From Squalus acanthias (taxonomy: Eukaryota), in assembly GCA_030390025.1 (NCBI GenBank), contig JASTWF010000035.1, positions 4,216,001 through 4,280,000 of the forward strand: a stretch of DNA of 64,000 nt. Direction: 5' to 3'. Positions 37,701 through 49,700 of this stretch are shown here, piece after piece. The notes beneath the pieces were generated by a model, which did not search any database, was not told the origin of the DNA, and worked only from the letters and a program-made list of their open reading frames with translations. Made by a program: the position numbers and the translations under genes. Each line of letters opens with the position of its first letter. Within the stretch, counting starts at the first letter, position 1.

Positions 37701-40700
37701 TAGTGACCACAATTCGGTAACTTTCACTATTGCAATGGAGAGGGATAGGGCCATACGGCAGGGCAGGGTTTATAATTGGGGGAGGGGTAATTATGATGCG
37801 ATTAGGCAAGAATTAGGGAGTATAAGATGGGAACAGAAACTATCAGGGAAAGGCACAAACGAAAAGTGGAGCTTTTTCATGGAGCAATTACTGCGTGTCC
37901 TTGATAGGTATGTCCCTGTCAGGCAGGGAGGAAATGGCCGAGTGAGAGAACCATGGTTCACAAAAGAGGTTGAATGTCTAGTCAAGAGGAAAAAGGAAGC
38001 GTATGTAAGGATGAGAAAACAAGGTTCAGTTGGGTCGATTGAGGGGTACAAGGTAGCAAGGAATGAGCTAAAAAAAGAGCTTAGGAGAGCTAGGAGGGGG
38101 CATGAGAAGTCCTTGGCGGGTCGGATCAAGAAAAACCCCAAGGCCTTTTACTCTTATGTGAGAAATAAAAGAATGACCAGGGTGAGGGTAGGGCCGGTCA
38201 AGGACAGTAGTGGGAACTTATGCATGGAGTCAGAAGAGATAGGAGAGGTGATGAATTAATACTTTTCGTCAGTGTTCACCGAGGAGAGGGGCCATGTTCT
38301 TGAGGATGAGAGTGTGATAAAGGTGGATAGGCTGGAGATGGTAGATGTTCTGAGGGAAGATGTTTTAGCAATTTTGAAGAACCTGAGGGTCGATAAGTCC
38401 CCTGGGCCAGATGGGATATATCCTAGGATTCTTTGGGAGGCAAGGGAGGAGATTGCAGAGCCTCTGGCTTTGATCTTTGGGTCCTCACTGTCCACGGGAA
38501 TGGTGCCAGAGGACTGGAGAGTGGCGAATGTTGTTCCTCTCTTCAAGAAAGGAAATAGGAATGACCCTGGTAATTATAGGCCGGTTAGTCTTACTTCGGT
38601 GGTTGGTAAGATAATGGAAAAGGTCCTGAGGGATAGGATTTATGACCATTTGGAAAGGGGCAACTTAATCAGGGATAGTCAACACGGATTCGTGAAGGGT
38701 AAGTCTTGCCTAACCAATTTGATTGAATTCTTTGAGGAGGTAACTAAGTGTGTAGATGAAGGTAGAGCAGTTGATGTCGTATACATGGATTTTAGTAAGG
38801 CGTTTGATAAGGTTCCCCATGGTCGGCTCATGAAGAAAGTAAGGAGTTGTGGGATAGAGGGAAATTTGGCCGATTGGATAAGTAACTGGCTATCTCATAG
38901 AAGGCAGAGGGTGGTGGTGGATGGAACATTTTCGGACTGGAGACCAGTTACCAGCGGTGTGCCACAGGGGTCGGTGCTGGGTCCTCTGCTGTTTGTGATT
39001 TTTATCAATGACTTGGAGGAGGGGACTGAAGGGTGGATCAGTAAATTTGCTGATGACACCAAGATTGGTGGAGCAGTGGATGAGGTGGAGGGCTGTTGTA
39101 GGCTGCAAAGAGACATTGATAGGATGCAGAGCTGGGCCGAAAAATGGCAGATGGAATTTAACCCTGATAAGTGCGAGGTGATTCATTTTGGTAGGGCAAA
39201 TTTGAATAAGGATTACAGGATCAACGGCAGGGTTCTGAGGAACGTGGAGGAGCAGAGGGATCTGGGGGTTCATATCCACAGATCTCTGAAGGTTGCCACT
39301 CAAGTGGATAGAGCAGTAAAGAAGGCCTATGGTGTGTTGGCGTTTATTAACAGAGGGTTTGAGTTTAAGAACCGTGAGGTTATGCTGCAACTGTACAGGA
39401 CCTTGGTGAGACCACATTTGGAATATTGTGTGCAGTTCTGGTCACCTCACCTATAGGAAGGACGTGGAAGCATTGGAAAGAGTGCAAAGGAGATTTACCA
39501 GGATGCTGCCTGGTTTGGGGGGGAGGTCTTATGAGGAAAGATTGAGGGAGTTGGGGCTTTTCTCTTTAGAGCGGAGGAGGATGAAAGGCGACTTAATAAA
39601 GGTTTATAAAGATGATGAGGGGGATAGATAGAGTGGATGTTCAGAGACTATTTCCTCGGGTAGAGGCAGCTGTTACAAGGGGGCATAACTATAAGGTGCA
39701 TGGGGGGAGATATAGAAGGGATGTCCGAGGTAGATTCTTTACTCAGAGAGTGGTTGGGGTGTGGAATGGACTGCCTGCTGTGATAGTGGAGTCGGACACT
39801 TTAGGAACTTTCAAGCGGTTATTGGATAAGCACATGGAGCACACCAGAGTGATAGGGAGTGTGATAGCTTGATCTTGGTCTCGGACAATGCTCGGCACAA
39901 CATCGAGGGCCGAAGGGCCTGTACTGTGCTGTACTGTTCTATGTTCTATGTTGATTAGACTCACGGCAACACACGAGGAGGCCAATGATGACTGATTGGA
40001 TGGAGGGGTCGGGGAACCACAGGAAAGCTGGGCTGGACTGTGTGCAAATTCCATTCCGATGCAGCAGTCAGTCCCAGACACACACACAGCCGCCAGCCTC
40101 GCCTTTTTTGGTGAAACCAGCCCAGCTGCAGTTAGACAGCTTGGCCATTGGCTGCTGTCTGAGAGCATGAGGCGTGACAGAGACCCAGAGCAAACCCCGG
40201 GACCCCCGAGATCAGCGGGCACAGAGTGAGCGGGGAGTGTCTCTAAATCACACCGGGCTCAGGGAGTGTCACCCAATCACACCGGGCTCAGGGAGTGTCT
40301 CTAAATCACACCGAGCTCAGGGAGTGTCTCCCAATCACACCGGGCTCAGGGAGTGTCTCTAAAGCACACCAGGCTCAGGGAGTGTCTGTAAATCAAACCG
40401 GGATCAGGGAGTGTCTCCCAATCACACCGGGCTCAGGGAGTGTCACCCAATCACACCGGGCTCAGGGAGTGTCTCTAAATCACACTGGGCTCAGGGAGTG
40501 TCTCCAAATCAAACCGGGCTCGGGGAGTGTCTCTAAATCACACCGGGCTCGGGGAGTGTCTGTAAATCACACCAGGCTCAGGGAGTGTCTCAAAATCACA
40601 CCGGGCTCAGGGAGTGTCTCCCAATCACACCAGGCTCAGGTAGTGTCTCTAAATCACACCGGGCTGAGGGAGTGTCTCCCAATCACACCGGGCTGAGGGA

Positions 40701-43700
40701 GTGTCTCCCAATCACACCGGGCTGAGGGAGTGTCTCCCAATCACACCGGGCTCGGGGAGTGTCTCTAAATCACACCGGGCTCGGGGAGTGTCTCTAAATC
40801 ACACCGGGCTCAGGGAGTGTCTCTAAATCACACCGGGCTCAGGGAGTGTCTCCCAATCACACTGGGCTCAGGGAGTGTCTCTAAATCACACCGGGCTCAG
40901 GGAGTGTCTCCCAATCACACCATGCTCAGGGAGTGTCTCCAAATCACACCGGGTTCAGGGAGTGTCTCTAAATCACACCGGGCTCGGGGAGTGTCTCTAA
41001 ATCACACCGGGCTCAGGGAGTGCCTCTAAATCACACCGGGCTCAGGGAGTGTCTCTAAATCACACCCGGCTCGGGGAGTGTCTCTAAATCACACCGGGCT
41101 CGGGGAGTGTCTCTAAATCACACCAGGCTCGGGGAGTGTCTCTAAATCACACTGGGCTCGGGGAGTGTCTCTATATCACAGCAGGCTCAGGGAGTGTCTC
41201 CCAATCACACCGGGTTCAGGGAGTGTCTCCCAATCACACCGGGTTCAGGGAGTGTCTCTAAATCACACCGGGCTCAGGGAGTGTCTCTAAATCACACCGG
41301 GCTCAGGGAGTGTCTCCCAATCACACTGGGCTCAGGGAGTGTCTCTAAATCACACCGGGCTCAGGGAGTGTCTCCCAATCACACCATGCTCAGGGAGTGT
41401 CTCCAAATCACACCGGGTTCAGCGAGTGTCTCTAAATCACACCGGGCTCAGGGAGTGTCTCTAAATCACACCGGGCTCAGGGAGTGCCTCTAAATCACAC
41501 CGGGCTCGGGGTTTGTCTCTAAATCACACCGGGCTCGGGGAGTGTCTCTAAATCACACCGGGCTCGGGGAGTGTCTCTAAATCACACCGGGCTCAGGGAG
41601 TGCCTCTAAATCACACCGGGCTCAGGGAGTGTCTCTAAATCACACCCGGCTCGGGGAGTGTCTCTAAATCACACCGGGCTCGGGGAGTGTCTCTAAATCA
41701 CACCAGGCTCGGGGAGTGTCTCTAAATCACACTGGGCTCGGGGAGTGTCTCTATATCACAGCAGGCTCAGGGAGTGTCTCCCAATCACACCGGGTTCAGG
41801 GAGTGTCTCCCAATCACACCGGGTTCAGGGAGTGTCTCTAAATCACACCGGGCTCAGGGAGTGTCTCTAAATCACACCGGGCTCGGGGAGTGTCTCTAAA
41901 TCACACCGGGCTCAGGGAGTGTCTCTATATCACAGCAGGCTCAGGGAGTGTCTCCCAATCAAACCGGGATCAGGGAGTGTCTCCCAATCACACCGGGCTC
42001 AGGGAGTGTCACCCAATCACACCGGGCTCAGGGAGTGTCTCTAAATCACACCGGGCTCAGGGAGTGTCTCCAAATCAAACCGGGCTCGGGGAGTGTCTCT
42101 AAATCACACCGGGCTCGGGGAGTGTCTCTAAATCACACCAGGCTCAGGGAGTGTCTCAAAATCACACCGGGCTCAGGGAGTGTCTCCCAATCACACCAGG
42201 CTCAGGGAGTGTCTCTAAATCACACCGGGCTGAGGGAGTGTCTCCCAATCACACCGGGCTCAGGGAGTGTCTCCCAATCGCACCGGGGTCAGGGAGTGTC
42301 TCTAAATCACACCGGGCTCAGGGAGTGTCTCCCAATCACACTGGGCTCAGGGAGTGTCTCTAAATCACACCGGGCTCAGGGAGTGTCTCTAAATCACACC
42401 GGGCTCGGGGAGTGTCTCTAAATCACACCGGGCTCAGGGAGTGTCTCTAACACACACCGGGCTCAGGGAGTGTCTCTAAATCACACCAGGCTCGGGGAGT
42501 GTCTCTAAATCACACCAGGCTCGGGGAGTGTCTCCAAATCACACCGGGCTCAGGGAGTGTCTCTAAATCACACCAGGCTCAGGGAGTGTCTCTAGATCAC
42601 ACCAGGCTCAGGGAGAGTCTCTAAATCACACCAGGCTCAGGGAGTGTCTCTAAAGCACACCAGGCTCAGGGAGTGTCTCTAAATCACACCAAGCTATGGG
42701 AGTGTCTCTAAATCACACCAGGCTCAGGGAGTGTCTCCAAATCACACCGGGCTCAGGGAGTGTCTCCCAATCGCACCGGGGTCAGGGAGTGTCTCTAAAT
42801 CACACCGGGCTCAGGGAGTGTCTCTAAATCACACCGGGCTCGGGGAGTGTCTCTAAATCACACCGGGCTCGGGGAGTGTGAACCAATCACACCGGGCTCG
42901 GGGAGTGTCTCTAAATCACACCGGGCTCAGGGAGTGTCTCTAAATCACACCGGGCTCAGGGAGTGCCTCTAAATCACACCGGGCTCAGGGAGTGTCTCTA
43001 AATCACACCAGGCTCAGGGAGTGTCTCTAAATCACACCAGGCTCAGGGAGTGTCTCTAAATCACACCAGGCTCAGGGAGTGTTTCTAAATCACACCAGGC
43101 TCAGGGAGTGTCTCTAAATCACACCAGGCTCAGGGAGTGTCTCTAAATCACACCGGGCTCAGGGAGTGTCTCTAAATCACACCAGGCTCAGCGAGTGTCT
43201 CCAAACCACACCGGGCTCGGGGAGTGTCTCTAAATCACACCGGGCTCAGGGAGTGTCTCAAAATCACACCGGGCTCAGGGAGTGTCTCCCAATCACACCG
43301 GGCTCAGGGAGTGTCTCTAAATTACACCGGGCTCAGGGAGTGTCTCTAAATCACACCAGGCTCAGGGAGTGTCTCTAAATCACACCAGGCTCAGGGAGTG
43401 TCTCTAAATCATACCAAGCTCAGGGAGTGTCTCTAAATCACACCGGGCTCAGCGAGTGTCTCCAAACCACACCGGGCTCAGGGAGTGTCTCTAAATCACA
43501 CCAGGCTCAGCGAGTGTCTCCAAACCACACCGGGCTCAGGGAGTGTCTCTAAATCATACCAAGCTCAGGGAGTGTCTCTAAATCACACCGGGCTCAGCGA
43601 GTGTCTCCAAACCACACCGGGCTCAGGGAGTGTCTCTAAATCACACCGGGCTCAGGGAGTGTCTCTCAATTACAACGGGCTCTGGGAGCATCTCGCAATT

Positions 43701-46700
43701 ACACTGGGTTGAGCGAGTGTCTCTAAATTCTACTGGGTTCAGGGAGCGTCTCCAAAGTACGCAGGGTTCAGGGAGCGTCTCCGAAGTACGCAGGGTTCAG
43801 GGAGCGTCTCCGAAGTACGCAGGGTTCAGGGAGCGTCTCCGAAGTACGCAGGGTTCAGGGAGCGTCTCCGAAGTACGCAGGGTTCAGGGAGCGTCTCCGA
43901 AGTACGCAGGGTTCAGGGAGCGTCTCCGAAGTACGCAGGGTTCAGGGAGCGTCTCCGAAGTACGCAGGGTTCAGGGAGCGTCTCCGAAGTACGCAGGGTT
44001 CAGGGAGCGTCTCCGAAGTACGCAGGGTTCAGGGAGCGTCTCCGAAGTACGCAGGGTTCAGGGAGCGTCTCCGAAGTACGCAGGGTTCAGGGAGCGTCTC
44101 CGAAGTACGCAGGGTTCAGGGAGCGTCTCCGAAGTACGCAGGGTTCAGGGAGCGTCTCCGAAGTACGCAGGGTTCAGGGAGCGTCTCCGAAGTACGCAGG
44201 GTTCAGGGAGCGTCTCCGAAGTACGCAGGGTTCAGGGAGCGTCTCCGAAGTACGCAGGGTTCAGGGAGCGTCTCCGAAGTACGCAGGGTTCAGGGAGCGT
44301 CTCCGAAGTACGCAGGGTTCAGGGAGCGTCTCCGAAGTACGCAGGGTTCAGGGAGCGTCTCCGAAGTACGCAGGGTTCAGGCAGCGTTGAATAGTTTGGT
44401 TGTTAAACTCTTTGTTTCATTTACAGGCAGCTGATTGGTTCAGGTTACACGGAGACACATTACGAAGAGGGAGGGAGACGAGTGACGATCGCCCCAAATT
44501 ACACAGTGAGTCGGGGGGTCGGGGGGTCGGGGTGTGTTGGGGGGTCGGGGTGTGTTGGGGGGTCGGGGTGTGTTGGGGGGNNNNNNNNNNNNNNNNNNNN
44601 NNNNNNNNNNNNNNNNNNNNNNNNNNNNNNNNNNNNNNNNNNNNNNNNNNNNNNNNNNNNNNNNNNNNNNNNNNNNNNNNNNNNNNNNNNNNNNNNNNNN
44701 NNNNNNNNNNNNNNNNNNNNNNNNNNNNNNNNNNNNNNNNNNNNNNNNNNNNNNNNNNNNNNNNNNNNNNNNNNNNNNNNGTGTGTTGGGGGGTCGGGGT
44801 GTGTTGGTGGGGGGTCGGGGTGTGTTGGGGGGTCGGGGTGTGTTGGGGGGTCGGGGTGTGTTGGGGGGTCGGGGTGTGTTGGGGGTATTTGGGTGCAGTG
44901 ACCGCCTCATTGGCCTGAATTCCTGGACCTGGGCCTATTTATTGACCTCGATGGACAATGTCAGGTGACTTGCACTAAATCTATCAAGTCTGAGATTGTT
45001 GTCATGTGATCTTTGTGTCATGTGACACCTGCACTCAGCACCAGTGCAACATCGTACTCGATACTGGTGTCACGTAGTGTCCTTGGTAATGGTATAAAAT
45101 AGCCCTCTGTCACTGAACCCCCGGGAGTGACCGGGAGCAGGAATTCCCCGGGAGCAGGAACCCCCGGGAGTGACCGGGAGCAGGAATGCCCGAGAGTGAC
45201 CGGGAGCAGGAACCCCCGGGAGTGACCGGGAGCAGGAATCCCCGGGAGTGAGCGGGAGCAGGAACCCCCGGGAGTGAGCGGGAGCAGGAATCCCCGGGAG
45301 TGAGCGGGAGCAGGAACCCCCGGGAGTGACCGGGAGCAGGAATGCCCGGGAGTGACCGGGAGCAGGAACCCCCGGGAGTGACCGGGAGCAGGAATCCCCG
45401 GGAGTGAGCGGGAGCAGGAATCCCCGGGAGTGAGCGGGAGCAGGAACCCCCGGGAGTGAGCGGGAGCAGGAATCCCCGGGAGTGAGCGGGAGCAGGAACC
45501 CCCGGGAGTGACCGGGAGCAGGAATCCCCGGGAGTGAGCGGGAGCAGGAACCCCCGGGAGTGAGCGGGAGCAGGAATCCCCGGGAGTGAGCGGGAGCAGG
45601 AACCCCCGGGAGTGAGCGGGAGCAGGAATCCCCGGGAGTGAGCGGGAGCAGGAATCCCCGGGAGTGAGCGGGAGCAGGAACCCCTGGGAGTGACCGGGAG
45701 CAGGAATCCCCGGGAGCAGGAATGCCCGGCTGATTTTTGCCCTTTGCTAACACAGGCTGCTGCAGCAACCCAGTGGAGATGTGAGCGAGCAGTGTGAGTG
45801 ATCTGATTAAGCTGAGCTAACCAATGGTGTTTCAGGGTGAGGTGTGACTGTCTGTTGTGTCTCTGTCCAGGGACACTGTCTCTACCAGGGTCATGTGAAG
45901 GGTCAGGAGGACTCGTGGCTGGCGCTCAGTCTGTGCTCCGGTGTCAGGTAAGCCCCCAATGCGGAGGTCATGGGACGCCCGCACTCAAAGGAGCTCTGCA
46001 AATAGGGCGGAGGGTAGAGGGCAGAGGGCAGAGGGCAGAATGAGGCCAGTCATGTGATAGACCTCTAAGCACACTGGTTGGTTCAAACAGGAGACACGAC
46101 CCCATCTGACTCCGTGGGGGAAAAATCAACGTCCTTAATTGAGGGGGCGGGAGGAGTTTCAGTTCGTGGAGGGTTAGTGTGGAGGGTCAGAGGTCAGTGT
46201 GGAGGGTCAGAGGTCAGTGTGGAGGGTCAAAGGTCAGTGTGGAGGGTCAGTGGGGAGGGTCGGAGGTCAGTGTGAGGATCGGGGCTCAGTGGGGAGTGTT
46301 GGGGTCCAGTGGGGAGCGTTGGGGTCCAGTGGGGAGCGTCGGGGGTCAGTGGGAGGGTCGGGGGTCAGTGGGGAGTGTCGGGGGTTACTGGGGAGGGTCG
46401 GGGGTCAGTGGGGAGTGTCGGAGGTGAGTGCAGAGGGTCGAAGGTCATTGCGGAGGGTCGAAGGTCAGTGCAGAGCATCAGTGTGGAGGGTCAAAGGTCA
46501 GTGCGGAGGGTCATTGTGAAGGGTCAGAGGTCAGTGTGGAGGGTCAGAGGTCAGAGCGGAGGGTCAGTGTGGAGGGTCAGAGGTCAGTGTGGAGGGTCAG
46601 TATGGAGGGTCGGAGGTCAGTGTGCAGGGTCAGTGTGGAGGGTCAGAGGTCAGTGTGGAGGATCAGTGTGGAGGGTCAGAGGTCAGAGCAGAGGGTCAGT

Positions 46701-49700
46701 GTGGAGGGTCAGAGGTCAGTGTGGAGGGTCAGTGTGGAGGGTCGGAGGTCAGTGTGCAGGGTCAGTGTGGAGGGTCGGGTCAGTGTGGAGGGTCGGAGGT
46801 CAGTGTGGAGGGTCAGAGGTCAGTGTGGAGGATCAGTGTGGAGGGTCAGAGGTCAGAGCAGAGGGTCAGTGTGGAGGGTCAGAGGTCAGTGTGGAGGGTC
46901 GGAGGTCAGTGTGCAGGGTCAGTGTGGAGGGTCAGGGGTCAGTGTGGAGGGTCAGGGGTCAGTGTGCAGGGTCAGTGACGTAAGAAAACTACTAGGCACT
47001 TGGTCTGAGTATTAAACAAAGCTTTAATCAACTGTTTTTCAACATGGAGGTCTAGTTGTGTCCTTCACTAGTTCCTGTTAAAGAATGTACTGAGCAAGCT
47101 GGGCCCATGCCCGAGTATTTATACTCTCCCTGGACAGCGCCACCAGCAGGCCGCCCAGTATTACTTAATTAGTCATTTCCACGTGAATGACAAGATTCAT
47201 GTCAGTCAGTGTGGAGGGTCAGAGGTCAGTGCGGAGGGTCAGTGTGGAGGGTCAGAGGTCAGTGTGGAGGGTCAAAGGTCAGTGCGGAGGGTCATTGTGG
47301 TGGGTCAATGCGGAGGGTCAGTGGTCAGTGCGGAGGGTCAGAGGTCAGTGTGGAGGGTCAGTGTGGAGGGTCAGTGGTCAGTGCGGAGGGTCAGAGGTCA
47401 GTGCGGAGGGTCAAAGGTCAGTGCGGAGGGTCAGATGTCAGTGCGGAGGGTCAGTGTGGAGGGTCAGTGCGGAGGGTCAGAGGTCAGTGCGGAGGGTCAG
47501 AGGTCAGTGCGGAGGGTCACATGTCATTGCAGAGGGTCAGTGTGGAGGGTCAGAGGTCAGTGCGGAGGGTCAGTGTGAAGGGTCAGTGGGGAATGTCGGG
47601 GGTCAGTGGGAATGTCGTGGGTCAGTGGGGAGTGTCGGGGGTTACTGAAGAGGGTCGGGTTCATTGGGCGTGTCGGGGGCTAGTGGGGAGTTTCCGAGGT
47701 CAGTGGGGCGGGTCGAAAGTCAGTGGGGAGGGTCGGGGATCAGTGCGGATGGTCAGTGCAGAGGCTCAGTGGTCAGTGCAGAGGGTCGGTTGTCTGGGAG
47801 GGTCAGTGGGGTAGGTCAAAGGGTCGGAGTCTCGGTGGTCAGTGAGGAGGTTCAGTGGGGAGGGTCGGGCATCAGTGGCAGGGTCGGGTGTCAGTGGGAG
47901 GGTCGGGGGTCAGTACGGAGGGTCAGTCGGGAGGGTCAGTTGTCAGTGGGCGGGTCGGGGGTCAGCGGGAGGGTCGGGGGTCAGTGCGGAGTGTTGGGGG
48001 GTCTGTGGGGAGGGTCGAAGGTCAGTGGGGAGGGTCACTTGTCAGTGCGGAGTGTCGGTTGTCATTGGGAGGGACGGGGTCAGTGGGTGGGTCGGAGGTC
48101 AATGGGGAGGGTTGGAGGTCAGTGATGAGTGTCGGGGGGTCTGTGGGGTGGGTCGAAGGTCAGTGGGGAGGGGAGGGTCGGGGGTCAGTGGAGTGGGTTG
48201 GTGGTCAGTGCCGAGGGTTGAAGGTCAGTGCTGAGGGTCGGGGATCAGTGGGGATTGTCGAAGGTCAGTGGGGAGGGTCGGGGGTCAGTGCGCAAGGTCA
48301 CTGCAGAGGTTCAGTGGTCAGTGCGGAGGGTCGGTTGTCTGGGGGGGGGTCAGTGGGGAAGGTCGGAGGCTCAGTGGGAGGATCGGAGGTCGGTAGGAGG
48401 GACGGGGGTCAGTAGGAGGGACAGGGTCAGTGGGAGGGACAGTGGTCAGTGTGGAGTGTCGGTTGTCAGTGTGGAGTGTCGGTTGTCAGTGGGAGTGACG
48501 GGGGTCAGTGCGGAGGGTCTGGGGTCTGTGGGAGTGACGGGGGTCAGTGGGAGGGTCGGGGGTCAGTGGGAGGGTTGGGTCAGTGGGGAGGGTCGGTGGT
48601 CAGTGGGGAGTGTCGAAGGTCAGTGGGGAGGGTCGGGGGTCAGTGCGGAGGGTCAGTAGGGAGGGTTGGGGGTCAGTGGGAGGGACAGGGGTCAATGGGA
48701 GGGTCGGGGGTCAGTGCGGAGTGTCGGTTGTCAGTGGGAGGGACGGGGGTCAGTGGGTGGGTCGGAGGTCAGTGGGAGGGTCGGGGGTCAGTGGGAGGGA
48801 CGGGGGTCAGTGGGAGGGATGGGGGTCAGTGGGAGGGTCGGGCGTCAGTGGGAGGGACAGGGGTCAGTGGGAGGGTCGGTCCTCAGGGGGGAGGGTCGGA
48901 GGTCAGTGGGGAGGGTCAAGGGTCAGTGGGAGTGTCGGAGGAGAGTGGGGAGGGTTGGAGGTCAGTGGGGAGGGTCAGGGGTCAGTGGGAGGGTTGGAGG
49001 TCAGTGGAGAGGGTCGGGGGTCAGTGGGAGGGTCGGAGGTCAGTGGGAGGATCGGGGGTCAGTGGAGAGGGTCGGGGGTCAGTGGGAGGGTTGGGTCAGT
49101 GGGGAGGGTCGGGGGTCAATGGGAGGGTTGGAGGTCAGTGGAGAGGGTCGGGGGTCAGTGGGAGGGTCGGAGGTCAGTGGAGAGGGTTGGGGGTCAGTGC
49201 GGAGTGTCGGTTGTCAGTGGGAGGGACGGGCATCAGTGGGTGGGTCGGAGGTCAGTGGGAAGGTCCTGGGTCAGTGGGGAGGGTCGGGGGTCAGTGGGAA
49301 GGTCGGGGGTCATTGGGAAGGTCGGGGGTCAGTGGGAGGGACGGGGGTCAGTGGGAGGGACGGGGGTCAGTGGGAAGGTCGGGGGTCAGTGGGAAGGTCC
49401 TGGGTCAGTGGGGAGGGTCGGGGGTCAGTGGGAAGGTCGGGGGTCAGTGGGAAGGTCGGGGGTCAGTGGGAGGGACGGGGGTCAGTGGGAAGGTCGGGGG
49501 TCAGTGGGGAGGGTCGGGGGTCAGTGGGAAGGTCGGGGGTCAGTGGGAAGGTCGGGGGTCAGTGGGAAGGTCCTGGGTCAGTGGGGAGGGTCGGGGGTCA
49601 GTGGGAAGGTCGGGGGTCAGTGGGGAGGGTCGGGGGTCAGTGGGAGGGTCGGGGGTCAGTGGGAGGGACGGGGGTCAGTGGGAAGGTCCTGGGTCAGTGG

